A stretch of 64,000 nt of DNA, from the NCBI GenBank assembly GCA_951406725.2, contig OX597820.1, positions 58,528,001 to 58,592,000 of the forward strand. Reading direction: 5' to 3'. Both the position numbers and the translations under genes were made by a program. The notes below the pieces were generated by a model. That model was not told where the DNA came from. It did not search any database and saw only the letters and a program-made list of their open reading frames with translations. This DNA comes from Octopus vulgaris. Its lineage: Eukaryota. Below, piece after piece: positions 52,455 through 64,000 of this stretch; the stretch's first letter is position 1; every line of letters starts with the position of its first letter.

Positions 52455-53559
52455 CATTCCCTTGTCTAACAACTTGTTTTTATTGATGCTATTATTCTAG
52501 CCATTGTTATTTTATCTATTGAGAACCAGTACAATCCTGTTTGATTTTCATTGTACAAAGCCAGAATTGCTATAATTTATCAATAGTCATCACTGGTGGC
52601 ATCATCACCATTATCAGCTTCACTAATGCCATCATATTCACCACTATCATCATCACCTGTGACATCGTTTTCACCATCACCCTCATCATCATCATCATTA
52701 TCAACAACAATAATGAAATCATTTTTGTTGTCATTGTTTTAATCATCATGACCACATTCAGCAGATGACAAGTAAATCTTCCACTGAATTAGACACTAGT
52801 CTGTCTGTCTCTCTTTCTTTCTTTTTCTTCACTTACGATAAAATGCACTTCTGTGTGGAAAACCAGCAAATCTCCTGTCACTACAGACAACAGTGAAGCC
52901 TACCTACTGAAATGTCTGCTTAGAGTAAGGTGAATTTGGTAGTGAAGATTAAGTGTCTTTGACATATACAAAACAGAATGGTGGTATTAGAATATGAACC
53001 ACTGATATCTTGGTTTATTATCTTGTGTTCTATCAATTTAGTCATCTCAAAGCTGATGGATTTGAAATGTCATATAAGAGTGACACTTCTAATTCCATAG
53101 CATACCTCAAGGTTCAGTTTAGAGGCCAGTGTTATTTAACAATTATTATTGCCCAGTTAAGTGTAAGGTCTTTTTTTTTTTTTTTTTAATTTATGACTGT
53201 GTAATAGTGATATTGTGACCGTTATAAAAATCTTTAATCCATAACACCATTATGGTATTATCCTGTGGACTACAGGTTTGTGCGTTCAAATGAAGCTAAC
53301 AGTCTTTCCAACACAAACATTAAGAAACATTAAATACAATCAGTGGTACTGTGGACATCTTCTGATTAGACTGCTAGCTTTTAATCTCGATGACAGTAAT
53401 TGTTGAAAGATCCTCATACCCATCAAAATTAGAGGTGGGTTTTCCAGAAGTATAACAACTAGAGTAGGAACAGGTTGGATGAAGTTCATGAAGCTATTAT
53501 GCCTGCTAGTTACAAAGAATTTCTTTCTCAGAATGAAAGGCAGATAGCTAATGCTGTGG

Positions 53560-54273
53560 TCATCTTCTGTGAACAAGTTGAAAACATTCTGCATAACAAA
53601 CTTGGCATGTCGAAGGTTTCCACTTAGTGAGTGCCATGACTTTTGACATCTGATCAAAAGCACACCAGGCTGGTCATGTTGCAGGCGAACTTGGCACTTT
53701 TTGAAGCAAACCCAGCCAGTTTTCTTGATCTTTTCCTCACCCAAGATGAATGTTGGGTTCACCACTTTGAGCCAAAGACCAAACAGCAGGCCATGCAGTG
53801 GAAACACCTGTCTTCTCTCTCACCAAAGAAGGCCAAGGTGGTGTAATCAGCAGGGAAGGTGATTAAGTCAAAATGGCCTGAAAAACTGATGAAGGGGGTC
53901 CTGCTTCACCAGAACAATGCTCCTGCACACAAGTCTGTGGTTGCAATGGCTGCTGTGCATGACTGTGGCTTTGAACTGGTTGATCACCCTCCATATTCTG
54001 ATTTGGCACCATCTAACTATTTTCTGTTCCCCAACATGAAAACACACTTCTCTGGGAAGTGATATTAGACCGATGATAAGGTCATATCTGCTGTTGAGGA
54101 TTTTTCTGAGGGTCAGGATGAGAGCTTCTATACCACGGGAACTCAAGCATTGCAACACCAATGGAAGAAGTGTGTGGACTGCAGGGAAGACTATGTCGAA
54201 AAATAAAACTTATTTGGTCAAGTTCAACCATTGCATCATGGTCAGCCTATGAATTTTTCAGTCCACCCTCGTA
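53560..54273 (+). mobile_element. Mariner transposase 3' fragment
   Basis: TQDECWVHHFEP, LLHQNNAPAH, HPPYSDLAPSNYFLFPNMK; ends caccctcg-TA. Confidence 0.88.
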
Positions 54274-57200
54274 CATGTCTACCATGCAGATTCTAAAGGA
54301 ATTGTGTTGGAACCAGTGGCAGCTCGTAGATAAAATTTTTGAACCATTGTTTTAATATTATGCAAAAGAAAACAAACATAAAAAGAATATTTATGTATAA
54401 ACTTGGTCGGTTTACGTTTTAGCCACTACCAGATAGTGTGTTTAATTTGTTCACTGAACACCACCACTAATACGCCCTTGTTTTTCAAAAATCCTTTTTA
54501 AATCACAAAATAAGGGGTTGGGAAATCTGCCCTATTTCTCAAATCCTGGCAGCAACACTTCAGCTGGAAGCAGGATAATAATCTAATTCTACACTTTATC
54601 ACATTCAAGAATATAAACACGTTTTTAAGCACAACACATGCGGAGTCAAAAAGAAACACTACTTTTCACCAGCACTGCGTGAACCACAGTGTTCTCTCTC
54701 CCTAGCATGGTGCTTCCTATCTCAGACATATGAGCATGCGCACAACAGCGAAACACCGCATCACTGGAACTGTGAAGCACACAGTTCTATACAAGGATTT
54801 TTGTATTTTTTTCATAAACTAGGGGATGGCTACTGACATTAAGCTTAAAGATTATATAATGTACAAGTATTAAGAAAGAATTACAGAAAAGGACTCATCA
54901 TATTGAGTGTTATGAGGCAGTGAGCTGGCAGAATCTTTAGCACACTGGACAGAATACTTAGTAGTATTTTGCCCATCACTATGCTCTGAGTTCAAATTTT
55001 GCCAAGGTCAACTTTGCCTTTCATCCTTTCGGGGTCGATAAATTGAGTACCGGTTATGTACTGGGATCAGTTTAATTGACTAGCCTCGTTCCCCAAAATT
55101 TCAGGCCTTTAGTAGAAAGGATTATACTGGTTGGATCTCTTTGTACTTGATATGCCCAGTCATCATTCAGGCTTATCATTGTCCACCTCTTTCGCTCTAT
55201 TTCTATCAAATTTTTTCATTTTTTCCATCCACCCATCCTGGATATTCTGTCATCAATTTCCCCACACATCCATCTTAGTGCATTCCTTGAGTGAATAAAT
55301 TCATCATAGAGTTGTGAAGATACAAAACAATCTCTTTCACTAGTGCTGGCACCACAATAGAATGCATCCAGTAAAATGTTTGGGGAATGAGTGAAGATGA
55401 AATTGGGTTCATGGGGACCCTTTAGTCTTGTCAAAGACATAAACTTTCTACTGCCATGATGAAATACAATAGTGTTCTCTGTAAATTGGTTTGTTATAGA
55501 AAGGACATGCAGCCATTGAAAACAAGTAGAAAACCAAATGCCAGATGTGACCCATCTAGGAGGTAGTCATTCTGAATAAACACTGGCTCAGACTCTGATG
55601 TCCCCTCCAATCCTTGCCAACAGGGAAAGCTGATATAAAATTATGAGGTGGATGATGATGTTGATTTGCTGTGCTCAGGAAGACCCATCAATCACAGCAA
55701 AATTGATATCCTAAAACCACCTTAGTTATGCTTGTATATTCAGTGCCTTACCCCTCCATCCTTTCTCTGTTATCAAGCATTCCTCATGTTTCAACCCCTG
55801 ACACCAATCATTTCTCTGTTTATGACACTACTCAACTGCTGCAATCACCCGAAAGCAGAATCAGCACCTATTACATACCACCACTTGTTTGTGCATGCAA
55901 TTACCTCCAACTCCTCAACTCATTGAACCACTTCCTTTACTCATTCACTACCAATTACCTCTCTCCTGTGCCATACTCCAGTTTCATTCCTTTCATTTCT
56001 GCTATTGTTCTCAATATACACTCATATCAGTCATCATGCCCAACCAATTATAGCCACCCTTATGTACTTTTACACCTCCCTCCCTGCCACACCTGAACTT
56101 TGCACATCATTCCCCTACTTCCCAATCTATTCCCCTTCTTGAGTTCTATCTCTCCCAAATTACTCCCCACTGGTATTTCCCCTCTACAGCAAGACTTTCT
56201 ATTACACTTTAACTCTCAACACCTAGCATAAAACCAGCACTCCACTCGAATACTCTCTACTTAGTTGTGGGGTCTTTTTCATGTTCTTTTTCTCATTTTG
56301 CTAGTTACTTGGTGATCTCTCAAGTGCTGATGGCTTTCAAAGAAGCACACATGCACACTGCAAAGTGGAAGGTGTTAGAAAGGGCATCCAGCCATAAAAA
56401 CCATGCCAAAGTTGATATTGAAGCTCGACATAGCCCTGTCATACTGTCTAGCGCATGGCAGAATGGAAAACAGATGTTGAATATATACAAATATATAAAT
56501 AATAAACAGATGGACGGGTTGATGCCAGTGGCACATAAAAAGCACCCACTACACTCTCAGAGTGGTTGGTGTTAGGAAGGGCATCTAGCTGTAGAAACTT
56601 TGCCAGATCAGATTGAAGCTTGATACAGCCTTCTGGCTTGCCAGTCCTCAGTCAAACCGTCCAACCCATGCCAGTATGGAAAGCGGATGTTAAATGACGA
56701 TTATGATGATGATGATGACATGCTAAGTGGTTGGTGAAAGGAAGGGCAAGAAGATGTAAAAGCCATGCAAAAAAAAAAAAGGAATGAATGCAAATTTGTG
56801 GACTCTATTCTATATAACACAGTAACTAAGAGAGTAGAAACTGAATAAAACTAATACCAGTGGCATGATAAAATGCACTTAGTCTTAGGTGAGACCCATG
56901 AAATTCATGTCAACATAGCCAAGCATATGTATAACTTTGTGTATACCCTTGTCTAGATATCACATGATAGTTGTAAATAGGCATCATCATCATCATCATC
57001 ATACGTGCAAGGTTGTACATTTCCAGCCTTTGGTGAGAAACATGTCCAGCTATAAGAAAATATTACCTTGCTTGGAAACAGGTGAGGGTTAACAACAGGA
57101 AGGGCATCTCACCTTAGAAAAGGTGCCTCAACAAATTCTGTTTGACCCATACAAGCATAGAAAAAAAAATGAACATCAAATAATGACGAGGCGGAAGAGG

Positions 57201-57315
57201 TGGTCAAATAAAACTAAAATATGCCAGGAACACTGTCTTAAAGTATCAGCACACTGAGAAGTTACCCAGGGGACTCAAGGGTTTAGGGGTCCAATTTTGA
57301 TGTATGTTGTGGTTT

Positions 57316-57710
57316 AATAATAATATAATGAAATTATTGTATACAGTGCTCAGGTGCACCACAACTTGTCAGAAAGTGCGTATAAAGTATATGCAGTAAT
57401 GTACAAATGTCTGGAAAGCGAATAATATATGAGTCAGATAAATGCTTGTGTGTGTATGGAGGGGAGAAAATCAGGTGTAGTGTTAGCGAATCTCAGAAAG
57501 CATGGAAGTTTTGAAGGATGCAGTGCTCCAACAACTAACAACTGATGCCGGCAGTTTGTTCCATGCTTCAGCAACTCTCAGTGTGAAAAAAATGTTTCCT
57601 AAGTCATGGGAGCTGTGCTATTTTCTGACTTTGTAAATATGTCCACGGGTGGAGTTTGAAAAGGTGCTCAGAGTTATTGTTTGTAAGATGGTTAATAATT
57701 TTATGGGTGT
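57316..57710 (-). mobile_element. CR1-clade LINE 3' end
   Basis: STRGHIYKVRK...FFTLRVAEAWNKLPASVV; (ATT)n tail. Confidence 0.82.
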
Positions 57711-58439
57711 CTGCCAAATACAATAGAACCCAATGACCTGATTTACCTGGAGGCCTGTCATGCCAAGACAGCCCTCTTCAGGAGTTGACACCACACTGTC
57801 GTTACAGCTCAGGCTCACTCAGCATATTTAATTCATTGACATTTTGAGGTTTCATATTTTGTCTTTTCTGATTAGAATTCTGTAATTAAGGAAAACAAGA
57901 AAACGCTTTAGTGATGAGATGATAGTGTTCATCATCAAAGGTATGAATAGAATTAAAATAAGTTTACTAAATCATGTATGTTAGGCTTACTACATCATGT
58001 TGTGTTATCCTAGTTAATATTTAGACCATTGAAAACAAACTGAAATAAATACGCAATGAGGAAAGTTATACTAATCAATGATTGATCTCAGAACAGAAAG
58101 CAACGGGACTACATTGCGTACATTATTCAGAACGTCGGTCTACAGACTCTGCCAATTTGTATGACCATTAAAAAAGAAATGAGTGTTGTAGTTTGGTCTC
58201 CTGTTCCAGGAGAACTATAACCACAGACATTCCAACCGTGACTATCCGGTTGTTGTTTTTGGTTTTGTTTTTTTTTAGATGTACTGTATTATTATTCAAT
58301 GCGTTCTTTCCTTATTTAAAACATCACAAGGTCATCTGAGAAGGATGTTTTGATATTTCTTGCGGTAAGAACGACTGAATAATAGACTAGCGCGTCGGAA
58401 AAGAAATTAATAATAGAATTACGTAAATTCTATAAAAAA

Positions 58440-58521
58440 AAATACATTTACTGTACTTACCTCCCTTGGTTATCACGTGATTAACTATCCCTTCACATTA
58501 ACACTAACACACAAAATGGCG
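58440..58521 (+). promoter_or_regulatory. Proximal promoter with palindromic E-box and YY1-type motif
   Basis: ATCACGTGAT at 58472-58481; AAAATGGCG overlapping the start codon. Confidence 0.5.
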
Positions 58522-58656
58522 CTCAACGCTCGCTTTCATTTGTTGATCTTCTCTGTGTTTTTTGTGGCCTTAACCCAAGCAAATTTTGGCCAATTCTTCG
58601 ATGACGTTACGTCATGTCTGAACGTTTGCAGTAAAAATTTCTCTTCCAACGAAAAG
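58516..58656 (+). CDS. TMEM59: First coding exon of a secreted/type I membrane protein, tentatively TMEM59-like: MALNARFHLLIFSVFFVALTQA-NFGQFFDDVTSCLNVCSKNFSSNEK
   Basis: aaaATGgcg start in locally CpG-richer DNA, hydrophobic signal peptide ending TQA, AAG|gtaacg donor; F...D..SC...C resembles TMEM59 AFDSVLGDTASCHRAC. The exon is well supported but the identity is tentative; no downstream exon found in the window. Confidence 0.55.
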
Positions 58657-59502
58657 GTAACGCCGTTTTACTGTTGACGTATTTTCTTGTCTTCTTTGTC
58701 CTTATTTTCTCTGTCTGTTATTGCTTACAAAACACAGTTGCTATATGCTACGCAGACAGTCTATCAATTACACACACACACACACACATACATACAATAC
58801 AATACAAACCTCTATGTTATGTACAGTTTTATTTGCTCTAATACACATACAACCGGAATGTTATTATGAAAGTATGCACGTCTTTAAGGTATACGTGCAG
58901 TCAGTCGTACAAGTATGTTTGTACACACCCGTAATTGTTTCTTCGAATGTATACACGACTGGTTCGCTTATAAAAGCATATCTGGACATCCACTATGCTA
59001 TGGTGATATACAACGATACACTGCATGAACAAGAAAGCCTCTATACAGACGCTCGGTCTGCTAAAAATAGCAACCAAATCGCCCTGAAATTATATGCTAC
59101 CATCTTAAAAATGGAAATATGCATTAGATATTGCAGTGTTATGATAAGCTGTCTGAAGAAAAACAATAATAGAGAAAAGATGTGGAATGGTCATGGCTGG
59201 ATTATCTTTGATTAAAAGTCTATTCAATAATTATGCTCTTGAGGTTATTTATGGTTTTTATACGAATACTCATATGCTATTTAACATTATATTACTTGTC
59301 TTTTAAGTCTACATAGCTGTATGTTTGTTACACTATAAAAGCATGTCTTGCGCACACTTTTCACGAATGCAAACTATTACGCACACACATGCATGTATAC
59401 AACAATAACCTACACAACACACTGTCGACCACAGATAGTTCTCAAATGACACCTTGCTGTGTTAACAAAAAGAAAGAGCACAAACCAATACATTGGTTAA
59501 TG

Positions 59503-59539
<37 letters not shown>

Positions 59540-62500
59540 GTTTGAATAAAAGACGGAATAGCCGCGACTTCGACGCTGTTAATCATAGGTTTGCTGGATC
59601 GGATCACAGATTGCCTGAGGCTAAACAACAATATTCTCTTCCCTAGATACAACTTTGGAGGAGAAAATGGCATGTTAAAATTGATATTAATGCCTTTCGT
59701 CGACGGTATTAAGTGCGTGTGTGCATGTCTAATACACACACACACACATATATATATAATAATAATAATAGTATAAATAATATATAAATATATGCATATA
59801 TACATACATATATGTACATACCTACATATATACTTATATGGGTACATATATACATATATAGAATGTGGCATTAAAGCTAATTGTGGAGTCGGGTGGAGGA
59901 GATTCAATCAATTACACCCCTTCTCTTAGTTTTGTGGTATAGATACAATAAAGCAATAATTTTTGTATCTGTATTAGAAATACGATGTGACGACGTTAGG
60001 AGTTGGACATTCTTTTCACCCCTCACTCTATGCTATTGTCTATCTTCCTCGGAGTTTACTCATTCCATTACACACGACACCATAACACAAAGAAATGACT
60101 AAACCTCTGTGTTTGTGTGTGTGTATGTAGAGAGAGAGAGAGAGAGAGATAAAGAAAGCTTGCTTTGTTGATTTGATTTTTGCCTTTGTTAAAAAAAAAA
60201 ATATATCGAAAATAATAAACATTTTGTACTTCATATTTTTTGGGCATTTACGTTTATTTCATGCATTCGGAAAGGCATGAGAGCATCAGGGCTACTCAGA
60301 TTTTCACTGGCACTATCAGACTACACACATCTACGAGTGATCGTTAATGTTCCCGTTTAACCGTAGGTCAACCCTATCGATTTAATCTATAATCAAAGGC
60401 GTTACAGTTGTGCCCATCCCGTCTTTTTCTTCGGACATAGTGTATCAAGGAGCTCATTATTCAATGCATCTTTTTTTTTGTTTTTTTCTATTAAAAAAAT
60501 TTGACTTGTTTTTAGCGAATCGAATGACCAGTTACAATTTGACAGTTGTATTATAGTTTAGCCCTAGGTCTTTTCTGATTGAGCATATATCTCTGATTAA
60601 CAGCATTCCATTCGTGAACATTCTTTTTTTCTTTTTTTTTTCTTTTTTATCATGGATACATTATCTAAGTAGCCGTCGTTGTTTTTAAGCCGACAAGGTG
60701 TGATTCGTCGGAGATTTGACAGCTACTTTTAGCATGCGAGCGATAGTGCAGTGGCTTCTTGGCTGACTCGTCGTCTGTTGTCGTTGTCTAAGTGTAGGTA
60801 GTCTTAGAAATAGAGACAACACAATTTATAGGTCACTGGCAGTTCAAGCCAGAATATAAACTGTCTAGGAAGTAACATAATGTCGACCGTCGTCCTGCAT
60901 TGACGATGGATATTAAAAGCAGAGTTCATTGTTCGGGTATTTACTGCCTTGTCTGTTACAGTCATTTAGCGAACTTCTTTAAAAATATGTTCACTTACAA
61001 TAAAAGCGTTGTAATCTTACGTAGATTTGGGGTTCATAGTGTTCTTAAAATATTCCTTAATTTTTAGATTGTAAACTTTGGATTATCCATTTAATTTTGT
61101 AAATAATTCGAGTTGTTGCTATTTTGAGCATCTCATGTTTTTGTACATCGGAGACTGCATTATCCAAATGCGTATGACTAATGGATGATTTAGCAGCTAT
61201 TTCTAGCAGTTCGAGTACCTGTGCAGACCTTGCTAGTTTTGTGCCTATTATGTCTTTTTGTTCGACCCTGGGTTAGTTCTGATTAGAGATGTCCGAGTTG
61301 CGATCATCGTCTTATTTATTTATTTGTCGAACTTCGGTTCGATGGTTATGTTATTTTTAATATGTGCAGTGATTATGCCCACAGTTTAGCTAAGTGAATT
61401 GATGCCATGGTCAGCAGAGAATAGATTAGGTCATCTGACATCAGGAACAAGTTCAAATCTACAGATGTCATTTATAGTTGTATTCTTGGTCATCAACAAT
61501 ATCCATATAGCTCGTTCTCCAAACGGAAATGGCATGTTTTATTCACATCCATCGTTTCACTGCACGTGCATATGTATTAATAGAGAACAGAATAAGCAAT
61601 TATTTCAGATATTTCATTCTATTATAGGTGCAGCTATGGCTGTGAGGTTAAGAAGTTTGTTTTGTAACCATGTAATTTAGGGCTAGTTCCCACTGCATGG
61701 CACTACGGTGTAGGGGGGTATCTTTTATGGCCTTAGACTGACCAATGCCTTGTGGGTGGAATTGGTAAATGAAAACTGCGAGAATACTATGACTTTGTAG
61801 TTAAGAAGTTTGCTCCCCAAGCATATGGCTACAGGTTCAGTCCCACTCTGTGACACCTTTAGCAAGTGTCCTCTGCTATAGTTCTGGGTTGCCCAAAGCC
61901 TTGTGGGCAGGTTTGGCAGGTTTGGTAGATGGAAACTGAATGAAGTCCATCATATATGTATGTCAGGTTTGACAGGACCTCATGGTTCCTAGAATCACAT
62001 CCTTCTCCAATGTACTTGTATCCTCAGTTAAGTGGTTGGCGATAGGATAGGGCATCCAGTTATAGAAAACAAGCCAAAAGATACATGCAAGCACCAGTCT
62101 CTGGGAGCAGTACCCTTCAATAAGAAATGACTCCAACAATGGCTATCTGTTTATCCCATGCAAACATGAAAACAAATGTAAACTGATGGTGATTATATAT
62201 ATATATATAGGTGTGTTTGCATCATGCATTTGTGTTGACATTTGCATGGTGTCCATATAAACGATGTATTTATTTATAAGCTGCTATGAAAATCTGTCTA
62301 TTGAGCTGTCATTCAAAAGGCTTGGAGAAATATTACCTTACTTAGGAACAGGCATAGGTTGACAACAGTGAGAACTTCTGCCTCAATAAGTCTGACATAT
62401 ACCTGCATGGAAAATTGGAAGTTAGAATTATGATGAATAAAATCACTCCAACTTCAAAAAATTAAATTTTCTTTGTCATTATATATTTGTGGCTTCTGAA

Positions 62501-64000
62501 TTTCCTTTAAGATTCTGTAGCTCCTGTGTGGCAGGTGTTGGAGAATAAATGTTAGAAGCATTTGGAGCAAATGATGTTGACTTCATAGAAACTTTACTAC
62601 AGACAATTATATGACCAAGTGGTAAGTTAATGGGAGATTAATTTGCTTCAACTTCATTAATTTCAATAATCTTAAATTAAAGATTATTAGCTGCTTCACG
62701 AAGCTTACTACTTTTTATTACCTCCAGACTAAGATTAGTGGGTAAAAATGTTTAGAAGCTATTTATTCAATCAACACAGAGTTTTTGATCTTCACATTTA
62801 ACACTGGCTGTGTTTTTACCATGCATTTTCAGGAAATGTCATTGTATCGATCTAGCTGTAAACCATTTGTCCAACTTCCATAAAATCAAAAGTGGTTATT
62901 GTTACTCTTGTATGCCAAATAATTTCTCAGCTGGAGGTAACTTGCATACACCATATGCATTAATTTGATTGAAAACACCTTTAACAAATGCTCCTCAACC
63001 TTTCCGACTGATGGTCTGTAACTTTTAGATGCAGTCTTGATTATTCACAGAGTCCTAGTGCTGCATCATTAGATTTTTGACTATTGGTAGGACTTTGAAT
63101 TTTTCTTGCAGTTTAATCAGTCTTTTAACTGACTGAAATTTTGTCAATTGTCTGATACTAGTATATTTGGAACTTCATTTTCTGAGCATGTACTGAATTA
63201 TAAAATGGCATTAATCCAAGTTGTGACTGAATCACGTATAATCAGCATGTATCTAGTGTTTTGTCTGTATTCCTAATTTATATACAATCTTTCACAAAGC
63301 TGTGATTCAGTCCACTTACTAGTATAGAGGGTGTCTTTTGATCTGATTTCAGCATACATCACAAGATCTGTCAAATTCTTCAGTACCTCTATCAAGATTA
63401 GGTCACCACCAACAGCTTTTATCAGACATTAGATGATGATTCTTTAGCCTAACGTTGCACTTTAAAAAATTCAAGGTACTCCATTCAAGAGGCACTAGTC
63501 TAGGCCAATCTTTTTCAGCAATCTTTAAGCAGTCATAAATTGTACATGTGTTAAAATGATCTTTCTTGATTGAACATGAGTAAAAATAATTTCATTGCTT
63601 ATTTCAGACTGTAATGTGTTTGTAAAGAATGCTTTTCCAAATAAGTCTGACTTATACTTTGGTCTAAGATTATCAGCATAACTGGTTTTACCTAGAATGT
63701 AAATAATTTTGAAATGGTATTGTGCTAATATCCAATTCCACTGGAGAAGCTGCTGAGAATCTAGCCTGTAAACATCAAGATATTTTGCAAAAAATAAATT
63801 GCAATGACTAATAAGTTTCTGACATGAAAAATTTGGTCTGATAGAAATGTCAATCTTTCAACACACCATTGTATATAGCATAGATTTCATGTTCAATCAT
63901 CATCATCATCGTTTAGCGTCCGTTTTCCATGCTAGCATGGGTTGGACGGTTCTACTGGGGTCTGTGAAGCCAGAAGGCTTCATCAGGCCCAGTCAAATCT

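Noticed and set aside
62511-62625. AG...GTAAG-bounded segment as exon 2 of the downstream gene
   Set aside because: Stops in all three frames and no TMEM59-like residues
62700-63870. Possible decayed transposase on the minus strand (FMEVG-like)
   Set aside because: Only one weak motif; too degraded to support

Overview
AT-rich, repeat-dense animal genomic DNA. The SINE repertoire and microsatellites point to a coleoid cephalopod, most likely Octopus (inference). The first ~52 kb holds the 3' part of THOC1 (THO/TREX subunit 1, Hpr1) on the + strand. I could hand-splice 15 GT-AG exons (1683-51730) with consistent phases through the C-terminal death domain to a TGA stop; the 5' exons lie upstream of the window. 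A second + strand gene starts at 58516 with a signal-peptide exon that tentatively resembles TMEM59. Introns are packed with tRNA-derived SINEs, mariner/Tc1 relics, MITEs and LINE fragments. Most notable: (i) a young-looking antisense Penelope-like retroelement (RT + GIY-YIG) sitting in (TA)n and ending in a type I hammerhead ribozyme; (ii) a second hammerhead in a ~300-bp non-coding (TA)n-flanked element; (iii) several long intronic foldbacks that could give dsRNA/ADAR substrates; (iv) a tandem hairpin array in the THOC1 3' UTR; (v) a candidate intronic structured small RNA. All calls were made by eye; repeat boundaries are approximate.
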